NCBI GenBank assembly: GCA_035257485.1
Contig: DATEWZ010000092.1
Location: forward strand, 4,399-68,398
Length of the DNA stretch: 64,000 bases
Direction: 5' to 3'
Source: Chthoniobacterales bacterium
GTDB lineage: Bacteria; Verrucomicrobiota; Verrucomicrobiia; Chthoniobacterales; UBA10450
Part shown: piece after piece, positions 55,223-64,000 of the stretch
How positions within the stretch are numbered: position 1 is the stretch's first letter
Layout of the letters: each line of letters begins with the position of its first letter
Notes under the pieces: model-generated
What the model was told of the DNA's origin: nothing
Seen by the model: the letters and a program-made list of their open reading frames with translations, nothing else
The model's database searches: none
Translations under genes and position numbers: made by a program

Positions 55223-56270
55223 ACAAACCGCGAACGCAATTGACCGCGCGCAGATAAACTTGATGCGGTCCGCCGCGAAGAAGTTCCTGCGTCATCAAAT
55301 CGACCGGGTCGTTGCTTTGGGCCGGCATCATTTGCGGCTGCGCCGTTTCCTTGTCGCTGCTGCGCGAAATTTGGAGCAGATCGCCACACTTTGCCGGCGC
55401 GACGCAGAACTTCACTTCGCTCGAGTTAATAACCACGTCGCCAATCGGCGTGCTTCCGCGCTCGCGCAGGTCGATGTCGATCTTGCGTTTGTTCGCGTCC
55501 AAGAATCGACAACTGCCGTTCATCGATTGCTGGTTCGTCCTCCATTTCAATTGCGCGGCCAGCCAGCCGACTAACAAGATCGCGGTCGATTTGAAACCGG
55601 GCGCGAAATCGATCGTCACGTTTCCCATTTTCGAGAAATGATGATGCGACGCCGGGTGATCGAAAAATTGCGCGATCGCGTAGCGCACTTTGTCGAGCCG
55701 CGTCCAATTCAAATCGCAGAGGACGATGCGCTGTTTCGCTTCCTGTTGCGCGGTTTCGACGCGGCCCATCTGCCCTGCGAAATTTTTCCAGGTGTGGCTG
55801 TCGAAGATCAAGCGATCGACCCAGGTCCAAAGCTGCGGGTCCATCGTCTCGGGAAAATCGTCCTGCCACCAAAGATAAAGCGGCAGGTCGGAATCGAGAT
55901 GGGAGAAAACGATGCTCGGCAAAAATTTCACGCACGGTCCTTCGAGCAGAAAGGAAATTTGCTCGGAGCAAACTTGTTTGCCGCCCGCCCGGCCAACATG
56001 GCAATGCGCGTTGATCCACGCTTCGACCTTGTTCTCTTCCGAGTTTGGATTCGCGCCGATGACCAATGCGCGGCAAGCGTGGTCCTCAGTGATCCGCGCG
56101 ATCAATTGTGTGTTCCGTTCGAGCGAGCCCGGTTCTTCGCTGTAGATCGCGAGGTTGATCAGCGATGCGCGCGCCATAGCGCCTTCGCCTTCCTGCCAAA
56201 GTTTTTTCAACTCGCGGCCAATCGCGTTGAGCTCGACCGATGCGCCTAATGAAAAAGTTTCGGTCGGCAT
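55218..56270 (-). CDS. opcA: glucose-6-phosphate dehydrogenase assembly protein OpcA
   Basis: Lies immediately downstream of zwf. Start moved to ATG 56270, 2 nt after the zwf stop. 350 aa with an OpcA-like pattern (ELKKLW..., INLAIYSE). Confidence 0.8.
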   Translation of the reverse strand: MPTETFSLGASVELNAIGRELKKLWQEGEGAMARASLINLAIYSEEPGSLERNTQLIARITEDHACRALVIGANPNSEENKVEAWINAHCHVGRAGGKQVCSEQISFLLEGPCVKFLPSIVFSHLDSDLPLYLWWQDDFPETMDPQLWTWVDRLIFDSHTWKNFAGQMGRVETAQQEAKQRIVLCDLNWTRLDKVRYAIAQFFDHPASHHHFSKMGNVTIDFAPGFKSTAILLVGWLAAQLKWRTNQQSMNGSCRFLDANKRKIDIDLRERGSTPIGDVVINSSEVKFCVAPAKCGDLLQISRSSDKETAQPQMMPAQSNDPVDLMTQELLRGGPHQVYLRAVNCVRGLL

Positions 56271-56272
56271 GA

Positions 56273-57811
56273 TCAAAGTCTCCGCCAGGCGCGATCGTCG
56301 CGCGCGAGAAGTTCGTCCGCTTCGTCCGGTCCCCACGAACCGGCCGGATAAAAATACAAATCGGGCGCATTCTTTTTCGCGGCCCACGCTTCTTCGATCT
56401 TGTCGATGAACGCCCAGGCTTCTTCGACTTCGTCGCGTCGCGCAAACAAGGTCGCGTCGCCGCTCATCGCGTCGAGCAATAAACGCTCGTAGGCTTCCGG
56501 GCTCGCTTTCCCGAACGACGTTCCGTAATGAAAATCCATTTTCACCGGTTCGATCCGGAAACTGGTGCCCGGCATTTTCGCCTGGATGCGCAACGAAATT
56601 CCTTCATCCGGTTGGATTCGAATCACGAGCACGTTCGCTTCGTTGGTTTCCTTGTTGAACAAAACCATCGGCGCCTTTTTGAAATGAACCGAGATCTCAG
56701 TGGCTGATTTCGGCAAACGCTTGCCGACGCGCATGTAAACCGGGACATTCCAAAACCGCCAGTTGTCGATGTGAAGCCGGAGCGCGACGAAGGTGTCGGT
56801 CATCGACTTCGGATCGATCTTTTCTTCTTTCCGATAAGCCGGGACCGGTTTCCCGTTAATCGCGCCGTCGGCGTATTGACCGCGCACCACGTTGACCGCG
56901 ACCTGGTCCGGCGTGAAATGACGCAGCGAGCGCACGACCTTAACTTTCTCATCGCGAATGCTGTCCGCGCTCAAATCGGTCGGCGCTTCCATCGCGACCA
57001 GACACAAAAGTTGGAGCAAATGATTTTGCACCATGTCGCGCAACGCGCCGGCGCCTTCGTAATAACCGGCGCGTCCTTCCACGCCGAGCGTTTCCGCGGC
57101 GGTGATTTGGATGTGATCCATGTAACGCCGGTTCCAGAGCGGTGCGAAAATCGCGTTCGCGAAACGCAGCACCAAAATGTTCTGCGCGGTCTCTTTGCCA
57201 AGAAAGTGATCGATCCGGTAGGTTTGTTCTTCGCTGAACGAACTGTGGATGACGCGATTGAGCTCGCGCGCGGAATCGAGATCGCTTCCGAACGGCTTTT
57301 CCACGATGACGCGCGCCCAGCTTCCTTCCTTGGCTTGGTTCAAACCGGCGGTCTTGAGATGTTTCAGGATCGGTTCGAATTGGTCCGGCGCGACTGCGAA
57401 ATAGAAAAGCCGATTGCCGCGCGTGCCGCGTTCCTTGTCGATCTTGTCGAGGCGCTCGGCCAAAGTTTTGAAGCCGGACTCGTCGCTAAAATCGCTTTGA
57501 TGATAAAGAATCGATTGGCCGAAAGTTTTCCAGATTTCGTCGCGGACGGTTTGGCGGGAGAATTTTTTTACCGCTTCCTCCATTTCCTTGCGAAAATCGT
57601 CATCGCTCTTTGGACGGCGCGCGAAACCGATCACGGTGACGGCGGGCGGCAATTCGCCATCGGCCGCGAGATTGTAGAGAGCGGGAAGAAGTTTTCGGTG
57701 CGCGAGATCGCCGGTCGCGCCAAAAATCACGATGCTGCACGGCTGCGGCACCGCGCGCGCGGAAAGTCCTTCGCGCAAAGGATTCGTCTCTTGCTCAGCC
57801 TCGCGGTTCAT
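56273..57811 (-). CDS. zwf: glucose-6-phosphate 1-dehydrogenase
   Basis: IFGATGDLAHRKLLPAL and RIDHFLGKE. Start moved to ATG 57811, because the upstream ORF extension (PICEICVICG) is encoded by an intergenic repeat. Confidence 0.95.
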   Translation of the reverse strand: MNREAEQETNPLREGLSARAVPQPCSIVIFGATGDLAHRKLLPALYNLAADGELPPAVTVIGFARRPKSDDDFRKEMEEAVKKFSRQTVRDEIWKTFGQSILYHQSDFSDESGFKTLAERLDKIDKERGTRGNRLFYFAVAPDQFEPILKHLKTAGLNQAKEGSWARVIVEKPFGSDLDSARELNRVIHSSFSEEQTYRIDHFLGKETAQNILVLRFANAIFAPLWNRRYMDHIQITAAETLGVEGRAGYYEGAGALRDMVQNHLLQLLCLVAMEAPTDLSADSIRDEKVKVVRSLRHFTPDQVAVNVVRGQYADGAINGKPVPAYRKEEKIDPKSMTDTFVALRLHIDNWRFWNVPVYMRVGKRLPKSATEISVHFKKAPMVLFNKETNEANVLVIRIQPDEGISLRIQAKMPGTSFRIEPVKMDFHYGTSFGKASPEAYERLLLDAMSGDATLFARRDEVEEAWAFIDKIEEAWAAKKNAPDLYFYPAGSWGPDEADELLARDDRAWRRL

Positions 57812-57819
57812 GGAACATC

Positions 57820-57912
57820 CGCAGATTACGCAGATTTCGCAGATGGGATAAGATGAATTTTTCGACTCAGGATTGCTTTGAACGAATCTGCGCAAATCTG
57901 TGAAATCTGTGG
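57820..57912. repeat. inverted pair of (CGCAGATNN)x3 and (ATCTG-word)x3 arrays in the zwf/HAD divergent intergenic region
   Basis: CGCAGATTA CGCAGATTT CGCAGATGG (57820-57846), a 37-nt spacer, then GAATCTGCGCAAATCTGTGAAATCTGTGG (57884-57912). Confidence 0.8.
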
Positions 57913-57923
57913 ACGAGCAAACA

Positions 57924-58601
57924 ATGACTGAACGAATCCGGGCGGTGATCTTCGACCTCGATGGCGTCCTCGCCGATTCCGAACCGTGGTGGAACCAGAT
58001 CGATGCGCAGCTGCTGAGGGATTACGGCGCGACTTACCACGGCGAATATCATCGCGAAGTGCTCGGCGTCAGCTATCCAATCGCGATCGAGTTTTACAAA
58101 AAGAAATTTGGAATCTCCGCGCCGACGGGAGAGATGATGAAACGCCGTGGAGAGATCGCGACCGAGTTCTTCGCCAATCGTATTGGTCTGTTTCCTTCGA
58201 CCAAGAAAGTTTTGGAAGAACTGCGCGAAATCCGCCCGTCCGGCTCGGACAAACTACGTCTGGCGCTGGCGACGAGCTCCGTCAGCGCGTCGGCCCGGCC
58301 ATTCTTAGATCGACATCAGATGACAGAGTTCTTCGACGTGATAATTACCGGCGACGAAATCGAACACGGCAAACCGGAACCCGACATCTATTTGCACACC
58401 GCCGAGAAACTCGGAGTTGCCGCAGACGATTGTCTCGTGATCGAAGATTCACTTTCTGGCATTGCCGCAGCAAAAGCTGCAAAGATGCGCGTCGCCGCCA
58501 TTCCCGATCGCCGCTTCGTCGATCCGCGCGATTACAAACAAGAATCGGATTACCTGTTGAACGATCTCTCAGAAATTCCCGCGCTTGTTCTCATAGACTA
58601 A
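57924..58601 (+). CDS. HAD-superfamily hydrolase (beta-phosphoglucomutase-like)
   Basis: VIFDLDGVLADSE (motif I), ATSS (motif II), GKPEPDIY...IEDSLSG. ATG 57924 preferred over GTG 57900, which lies in the repeat. Confidence 0.85.
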   Translation: MTERIRAVIFDLDGVLADSEPWWNQIDAQLLRDYGATYHGEYHREVLGVSYPIAIEFYKKKFGISAPTGEMMKRRGEIATEFFANRIGLFPSTKKVLEELREIRPSGSDKLRLALATSSVSASARPFLDRHQMTEFFDVIITGDEIEHGKPEPDIYLHTAEKLGVAADDCLVIEDSLSGIAAAKAAKMRVAAIPDRRFVDPRDYKQESDYLLNDLSEIPALVLID

Positions 58602-59067
58602 TTGCGCGCTCCATGATCGTCACTTGCTGATCTTTCCAGAGCGGTCGGTAAAACGTGCGTTCGACGACACTCCAACCAAGCCGGCGATATAAAGTGCCGG
58701 GACCGGGGGTATAAAGATAAATGCGCGGGATACGGAGCGTTTGCGCTTCTTCAACCACCCGCATGATGAGCGCAGTGCCAATTCCCCGGCCGCGGTAGGC
58801 CGTTGGAACAAACACACCAGCGAGCCATGGCGACAATTCAGGTTTCGTTTCCATGTCATTTTCGATAAGGCTCGCGCAACCGATTACATCATCGACCTCA
58901 GTCGCGACAAACGAAGTGGGAATCTCACAATGTCCGCAATTTGTTTCGATGCGCGCCGCTCGAGTTTCAATGGTGTCGTCTATTCGAAGATGACCCCACT
59001 CGTTGTGCAGCCATTTGGCGACAACCGGAACGAACTCTCGCCGATCAGCCAAATATTCGATCGTCAC
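58591..59067 (-). CDS. GNAT-family N-acetyltransferase
   Basis: The acetyl-CoA binding motif AYRGRGIGTALIMRVVEEA. Confidence 0.85.
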   Translation of the reverse strand: MTIEYLADRREFVPVVAKWLHNEWGHLRIDDTIETRAARIETNCGHCEIPTSFVATEVDDVIGCASLIENDMETKPELSPWLAGVFVPTAYRGRGIGTALIMRVVEEAQTLRIPRIYLYTPGPGTLYRRLGWSVVERTFYRPLWKDQQVTIMERAISL

Positions 59068-59073
59068 GGCCGC

Positions 59074-60930
59074 TTAACACGGCAATGGGAAGCGACGCGT
59101 CAGGTCGCGGACTTTTTCGCGGACGCGGTTGAGGGCGGATTCGTCGGTGCGGTTTTGCAACGCTTCGGCGATGAGATCGGAGATCTCGAGCATGTCTTCT
59201 TCTTTCATCCCGCGCGTGGTGACGGCCGGCGTGCCGACGCGAATGCCGCCGGGTTTGAACGGCGAGCTGGTGTCGAACGGAATCGCGTTCTTGTTCACGG
59301 TGATGCCGGCGCGATCGAGCGTTTCCTGCGCTTCTTTGCCGTTCACGTTCTTCGGGCGAAGATCGACAAGCATGAGGTGATTGTCGGTTCCGCCGCTGGT
59401 GATGCGGTAACCGTGTTTCGTTAGACCGGCGGCGAGCGCTTTGGCGTTGATCACAACCTGACGTTGATAATCGCGGAAGCCGGGTTGAAGCGCTTCATGA
59501 AAGCAAACTGCTTTCGCCGCGATGACGTGCTCGAGCGGTCCGCCTTGAACGCCCGGAAAAACGGTGGCGTCGATTTTTTTCGCGAAATCCTGCGTGCACA
59601 TGACAATGCCGCCGCGCGGGCCGCGCAAACTTTTATGCGTGGTGGTAGTGACGAATTGCGCGTGCGGGATCGGACTCGGATGCTGGCCGCCGGCGACGAG
59701 ACCGGAAATGTGCGCCATGTCGATGAACAAGAGCGCGCCGACTGAATCGGCGATTTTGCGCAGCCGCGGAAAATCGATGACGCGGGGATAGGCCGATGCG
59801 CCGGCGGTGATCATCGCCGGTTTCACTTCTTCGGCCTGTTTTTGCAGGGCGTCGTAATCGATCGTCTCCGTTTTTTCAGAAACGCCGTACTGCGAGACGT
59901 TGTAAAACTTTCCGGAAAAATTCGCGGGATGTCCGTGGGTGAGGTGACCGCCGTGCGCGAGATTCATCGCGAGAATCTTGTCGCCCGGTTTCAGGACGGA
60001 AAAATAGACCGCCATGTTCGCCTGCGCGCCGCTGTGCGGTTGCACGTTCACGTGCTCGCAACCGAAAAGCAGTTTCGCGCGATCGATCGCGAGCTGTTCG
60101 ACCACATCGATGTACTCACATCCGCCATACCAGCGCTTCTTCGGCAGACCCTCGGCATATTTGTTCGTTAAACATGAGCCCTGCGCTTCCATCACCGCGC
60201 GGCTGGTGAAATTTTCCGACGCGATGAGCTCGATGTTTTCGCGCTGGCGTTTTTCTTCGGCGCGAATCGCGTCGTAAATTTCGGGATCGACTCTGCGAAG
60301 CGCTTCCATCGCGCTGCCGCCGTAGGATGTCGATCCTGCGCTGGTTTGAACGGGATGCGGATTTTCGCTCATCGGGAACGAAGATATTCCGCGATTTCGC
60401 GCCGCACCAGGAGGAACGAGCTCACTTTGCTCGACAAACGCGAGCACGCTCGGCAAGGCATTGCTGATTGTGCGCGCGCAAGTTTCGTAAACATCGCGGC
60501 CCATGCCGATCGGGTCCGGCACGTCGCGCCAGCAAGTTGCACCGGCCTCTTCGAATTCGCGGAGCAGAAAAGTCTTCTCGGCGCCGTGAGGGAAAAGCAT
60601 GTGGATCGTTTCCAAATGCGCGCCGGTCATCGCGAAAATATGCGTCGCGCGTTCGACCAGGTCGGGCGTGAGCGGTTGGCTGCGTTGATTGCTGATATCG
60701 ACGCCGTCGGCTTCGCAAACCTGCACCGCGTAAAGACTTGGCGGTTGACCGCGAACGGCATGCACACCGGCCGATGCGACCTCGATGTCCTTGCGATTCC
60801 CGATCAACCGGCGAAACAAACCCTCCGCAATCGGGCTGCGACAGATATTGCCGGTGCAAACAAAGAGGACGCTTTTCACGGTGGGCGCCGCGCTCGCGAA
60901 CGCATGAACAGAGTAAGTTTGAACGCGCAC
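59074..60930 (-). CDS. glyA: low-molecular-weight protein-tyrosine/arginine phosphatase domain fused in-frame to serine hydroxymethyltransferase
   Basis: N-terminal [13 protein letters not shown]...DVPDPIG (LMW-PTP), a ~40-aa linker, then a complete SHMT ([23 protein letters not shown]...[13 protein letters not shown]). No stop codon lies between the two domains. Confidence 0.85.
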   Translation of the reverse strand: MRVQTYSVHAFASAAPTVKSVLFVCTGNICRSPIAEGLFRRLIGNRKDIEVASAGVHAVRGQPPSLYAVQVCEADGVDISNQRSQPLTPDLVERATHIFAMTGAHLETIHMLFPHGAEKTFLLREFEEAGATCWRDVPDPIGMGRDVYETCARTISNALPSVLAFVEQSELVPPGAARNRGISSFPMSENPHPVQTSAGSTSYGGSAMEALRRVDPEIYDAIRAEEKRQRENIELIASENFTSRAVMEAQGSCLTNKYAEGLPKKRWYGGCEYIDVVEQLAIDRAKLLFGCEHVNVQPHSGAQANMAVYFSVLKPGDKILAMNLAHGGHLTHGHPANFSGKFYNVSQYGVSEKTETIDYDALQKQAEEVKPAMITAGASAYPRVIDFPRLRKIADSVGALLFIDMAHISGLVAGGQHPSPIPHAQFVTTTTHKSLRGPRGGIVMCTQDFAKKIDATVFPGVQGGPLEHVIAAKAVCFHEALQPGFRDYQRQVVINAKALAAGLTKHGYRITSGGTDNHLMLVDLRPKNVNGKEAQETLDRAGITVNKNAIPFDTSSPFKPGGIRVGTPAVTTRGMKEEDMLEISDLIAEALQNRTDESALNRVREKVRDLTRRFPLPC

Positions 60931-60996
60931 AAGGTCAATCCAAGTGGCGAGGCGTGGCGCGTTTGTAGCTTGCTACCGCTGTCGATCTTTCGATAA

Positions 60997-61347
60997 ATGT
61001 TCGCAGTGGACTTGGCTCCGCAGGAGCAATCGGTCGTTCGAAAGTTGGGTGGAACGAAAACGAACGCGGTCAGCATTTTGTTGCGCTCGTCGATTTATTG
61101 CACCGCGCTGGCCGGACTTTTCCTTTATCTTGCGCTCGCGCGCAACGAACCGCGCTACGCCATCGGCATTTTTGGAATGTTCGTGCTGTATCTCGCGATC
61201 CGCATCTATAGCGCGCGCCGCGTTTCCGGAATCATGCCGCGCGTTTTGCAGCGCTACGAATTCCGGATCGCGGAATTGGAAGCGCGTTTGAAGAAGTACG
61301 CGGGCGAGAAGCCAGCCGCGCCGACCAACGAACCGCCGACGACTTAG
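60997..61347 (+). CDS. small membrane protein, hypothetical
   Basis: 116 aa with two TM helices and a C-terminal coiled/Pro-rich tail. Confidence 0.5.
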   Translation: MFAVDLAPQEQSVVRKLGGTKTNAVSILLRSSIYCTALAGLFLYLALARNEPRYAIGIFGMFVLYLAIRIYSARRVSGIMPRVLQRYEFRIAELEARLKKYAGEKPAAPTNEPPTT

Positions 61348-61354
61348 CTCGCGC

Positions 61355-62086
61355 ATGCGAAGAGCCCCGCAGATGTCGATCCTCTGGGCCGGCTTCTCCG
61401 TGTTCGCAATTTTCTTCGCGACCGCGGAGGATGAAACTCCGGCGGATGAGTGCATCGTCGGCAAGCAATTTCCGGAAGGCTTCGGTGTTGAGAAATCAAG
61501 CGTTTCGCCGGATGGCCGTTATGGAGTTCTCGTTCCACTTGATTTCGACCATTTCGACGAGGACGCGCACCAGAATAAACTGGTCGAAATTAAAACCGGT
61601 CGCTCATTGGGAGTAATTGATGGCCGAACAGGGAAGGCCGGCTACTTGAATCACGGCGGGATCGCACCATCGCGTTGGTCGGCCGACGGATCCTATCTGC
61701 TCTGGAAAGTTTACGGCAAATGGTCGCCACGTGCCCTGGTCTTGCTCAAGATCGACAACGGGAAATTGGTGTGGCAGCGCAATCTACTGAAGCTGATGCA
61801 ACAGGAAATCCTGGCGCGCACCCGCAAAGCCGACTCGAAAAGTTACGCTGCCGCTAAAAAGCGGAACGCTGGTGACGCGGGCGACTACTACCCGGAAGGA
61901 TTCACCATTGATGTGAGTGCGGAGGGCGAAGCCGAGGCTCCGTTGTCGCTGCCTTTGGATCTGACGGCCGAGCTTACATCCAATCCCAAAGCAATAGAAG
62001 ACTTTCCAAAAGATGCTGAAGTGAACACCAAGATGGAAGCGAGCGTCGACGCAGATGGAAAATTAACGGTGAAGAATTTCCAGTAG
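61355..62086 (+). CDS. secreted hypothetical protein
   Basis: 243 aa with a signal-like N-terminus (MSILWAGFSVFAIFFATA). No family recognised. Confidence 0.55.
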   Translation: MRRAPQMSILWAGFSVFAIFFATAEDETPADECIVGKQFPEGFGVEKSSVSPDGRYGVLVPLDFDHFDEDAHQNKLVEIKTGRSLGVIDGRTGKAGYLNHGGIAPSRWSADGSYLLWKVYGKWSPRALVLLKIDNGKLVWQRNLLKLMQQEILARTRKADSKSYAAAKKRNAGDAGDYYPEGFTIDVSAEGEAEAPLSLPLDLTAELTSNPKAIEDFPKDAEVNTKMEASVDADGKLTVKNFQ

Positions 62087-62104
62087 CCCTGCTAAGTTCG
62101 GCGG

Positions 62105-63091
62105 GTGCGCGCGCTTTGGAAAAAATTCCGGCACCGGCTTGAGTTCGCCGGATTGCTGCTCGCGACGAAGCTCATTCCGCTTTTGTCGCGTCAAGGTTGT
62201 TACCGGCTTGCGCTCGCAGTTGGCAAGTTGATGTCGATCTTGGATTCGCACGGACGCAGAGTTGCGATCAGCAATCTTGAAGTGGCGTTTGGCGATCGAT
62301 TCACGCCAGAAGAGCGCGAACGAATCGCCAAGGAATCGTATCAACATTTCGCGCGGACGATGCTCGATTTGTTGTGGAGCCCGCGATTAACTCGCGACAA
62401 TTTTCCAGACTACATCGAGTTCGAAAACCTGGAAGAAATCGATCGCGCGGCCCCTGAGCGCAGCTTCCTCAACGCTTGTTATCACTACAGCAATTTCGAG
62501 TGGTTCAGTCTGGCAAGTGGATATTCGGGCTTAGCGGGCACGATCATTTCCCAGGAATTCAAAAATTCTTTGCTCGATCCAATCTTCAGGAAATTACGCG
62601 AGCAATCGGGGCACGAGTTGATTCGGCAGCAAGGCGGGATCGTGCGTCTCTATAAAGTACTGCGACGAAAAGGGCGCACGGCGTTACTGGTCGATCTTAC
62701 CTTGCATCCCAAGATGCCGTCGGTAGTGATCGATTGTTTCGGTTTGAAAACGAGCGTGACTTCTGCCCACGCGTGGTTGAGCGATCAAACTGGCGCGCCA
62801 ATTATTCCGGCGCACACCGAGCCGCTGCCGAAGGGGCGCTATCGGGTAGTGTTTCATCCGAAAATTGAAACTGAGGGCCGTACTTATCAGCAGATCGCGC
62901 AAGCGTGTTGGGATTCATTCGAGCCCTACGTCCGAAAAAATCCCGCGCCGTGGCTTTGGATGTATAAACATTGGCGCTACAAACCGGCGAACGTGCACCG
63001 GCCATATCCGTTTTACGCGCGGCCGCATTCGCGGTTTGACAAAAGGATCGCCGGCTTGCCGGAAAATAAGCCGAAGCCGGCTAAGATGTAG
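62105..63091 (+). CDS. lipid A biosynthesis (Kdo)2-lipid IVA acyltransferase-family protein (LpxL/HtrB-like)
   Basis: N-terminal TM, then the HtrB-like pattern (VAISNLEVAFGD..ERERIAKESYQHF) with CYHYSNFEW (Hx4E acyltransferase motif). Confidence 0.75.
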   Translation: MRALWKKFRHRLEFAGLLLATKLIPLLSRQGCYRLALAVGKLMSILDSHGRRVAISNLEVAFGDRFTPEERERIAKESYQHFARTMLDLLWSPRLTRDNFPDYIEFENLEEIDRAAPERSFLNACYHYSNFEWFSLASGYSGLAGTIISQEFKNSLLDPIFRKLREQSGHELIRQQGGIVRLYKVLRRKGRTALLVDLTLHPKMPSVVIDCFGLKTSVTSAHAWLSDQTGAPIIPAHTEPLPKGRYRVVFHPKIETEGRTYQQIAQACWDSFEPYVRKNPAPWLWMYKHWRYKPANVHRPYPFYARPHSRFDKRIAGLPENKPKPAKM

Positions 63092-63128
63092 CGTTGACAA
63101 AAGTCCGGCCTCCTTTTCAAGTACCGTC

Positions 63129-63746
63129 ATGAAAATCGTCTCCCGCTTAGCTTTTCTGGCCGTCCCTGTCTCGCTCGCGATGCTCTCCGGTTGCGCCACC
63201 GGAGGGGGAGCAGCTTACAAAGGCGGACGTGCTTATCACGTGGTTGCTTACAAACCACACGATCAGTCGATGGTCCAAGTTAAACTCTCGAAAGGCACGC
63301 AAACCGTTTACGTGATGGAAGGCGACCGATTGCTGATGGCGGCGCAGGCGAATGTTGGCCGCTCAGGCGCCGTGACGCCCTCGGGTAATTTTTCGATTAT
63401 CAACAAGGACAAAACGAAACGTCGGGTTTCCGAACCGGACGCGGGTTATCCGATGGCATATTGGTGCGAGTTCGCGCCGGCGTACGGATTCCATGAAGGC
63501 TTCGTCTGGTCCTCGCCGCGGACGCACGGTTGCGTGCGAATGCATAAAGAAGCGGCCGCTCGTCTCTACGCGCTCGTGCGGATCGGAACACCGGTCCATA
63601 TCGCTGAATCGTTTCCCGAAGACGCGAAATACGCGAAGGACGTGATGCGAATCGATCAAAGCCGCGATCCCGATCCGCCGCGTTCGTTCATGATGTCGTC
63701 CGAGTGGTTCAAGGATCCGCCCGGACCGCTCCTGGTTGATCAATAA
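63129..63746 (+). CDS. L,D-transpeptidase (YkuD-domain) lipoprotein
   Basis: Start moved to the internal ATG giving MKIVSRLAFLAVPVSLAMLSGC (lipobox). The catalytic motif is GFHEG...SPRTHGCVRM. Confidence 0.85.
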   Translation: MKIVSRLAFLAVPVSLAMLSGCATGGGAAYKGGRAYHVVAYKPHDQSMVQVKLSKGTQTVYVMEGDRLLMAAQANVGRSGAVTPSGNFSIINKDKTKRRVSEPDAGYPMAYWCEFAPAYGFHEGFVWSSPRTHGCVRMHKEAAARLYALVRIGTPVHIAESFPEDAKYAKDVMRIDQSRDPDPPRSFMMSSEWFKDPPGPLLVDQ

Positions 63747-63816
63747 GATCGCCTAACAACAGGGGTGCGATTGACGGCTGAAAACCCGGCCGTGACGTGC
63801 TAGGCTTTCCGAACGC

Positions 63817-64000
63817 ATGAGCACGAACCTCATCTCCAGTGGAACGACGGCGCGCGAGAAAGTGAACTTGCGCACGCCGGACGTGATGGCTGCGGTGCAG
63901 GAACAGGTCGAGCAACATTATCGGAGCGACATTGTCGACAAGGTTCGCCGCCAAGGGGGGATCATCAAAGTCGGCGACACGACCGTACGCCTCGCGAAGC
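63817..64000 (+). CDS. ispH: 5' end of 4-hydroxy-3-methylbut-2-enyl diphosphate reductase (long N-terminal type); truncated by the window end
   Basis: ATG 63817. The N-terminus ...HYRSDIVDKVRRQGGIIKVGDTTVRLAK resembles the extension that precedes (E)FGFCWGVERAV in cyanobacterial/plant-type IspH. The diagnostic motif itself lies beyond the window. Confidence 0.4.
   Translation, partial: MSTNLISSGTTAREKVNLRTPDVMAAVQEQVEQHYRSDIVDKVRRQGGIIKVGDTTVRLAK

Overview
GC-rich, gene-dense bacterial chromosomal segment made up mostly of housekeeping and cell-envelope genes. These include lipA, ftsY-nusB-ribH, ribBA, deoA, lpxB, mutL, gmd, glnB, uppP, purA, uppS, hemW, queA, opcA-zwf, glyA and an lpxL-family gene. 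The gene content (POT transporter, VKOR-DsbA pair, OpcA-Zwf, a plant-type GDP-mannose 3,5-epimerase, two four-helix-bundle 'IVS-type' proteins, few Shine-Dalgarno sites) suggests a PVC/Verrucomicrobiota-like organism, but that is only an impression. I saw no rRNA, tRNA, CRISPR array, IS element or integrase. Best candidate for an undescribed system: a co-directional four-gene cassette at 21825-24834, wedged between ribBA and deoA. It encodes (1) a beta-rich lipoprotein whose layout reminds me of a gasdermin pore-forming domain, (2) a signal-less SH3b plus lysozyme-like protein, (3) a signal-less, prodomain-less papain-type (C1) cysteine protease, and (4) a small 4-TM protein. I read it as a possible protease-linked pore or lysis module. 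Other notable points: (a) three tandem membrane-anchored MsrB paralogs, two of them completely cysteine-free; (b) clear gene remnants, namely an in-frame internally deleted fcl, a truncated nucleotide-sugar dehydrogenase and an ALDH-like protein lacking its catalytic domain; (c) GGAGGGAC...GTCCC hairpin elements inserted in-frame in mutL, queA and a uracil-DNA glycosylase gene, with a 25/26-nt identical copy shared by mutL and udg on opposite coding strands; (d) CTGTAG...CTACAG double-hairpin elements; (e) short-period (7-9 nt) word arrays that sit as inverted pairs bracketing individual genes (gmd, glnB, both four-helix-bundle genes), with one array embedded in-frame in a transporter gene; (f) an LMW-PTP/SHMT read-through fusion. 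All functional calls rest on motif recognition by eye and need database or structure confirmation.
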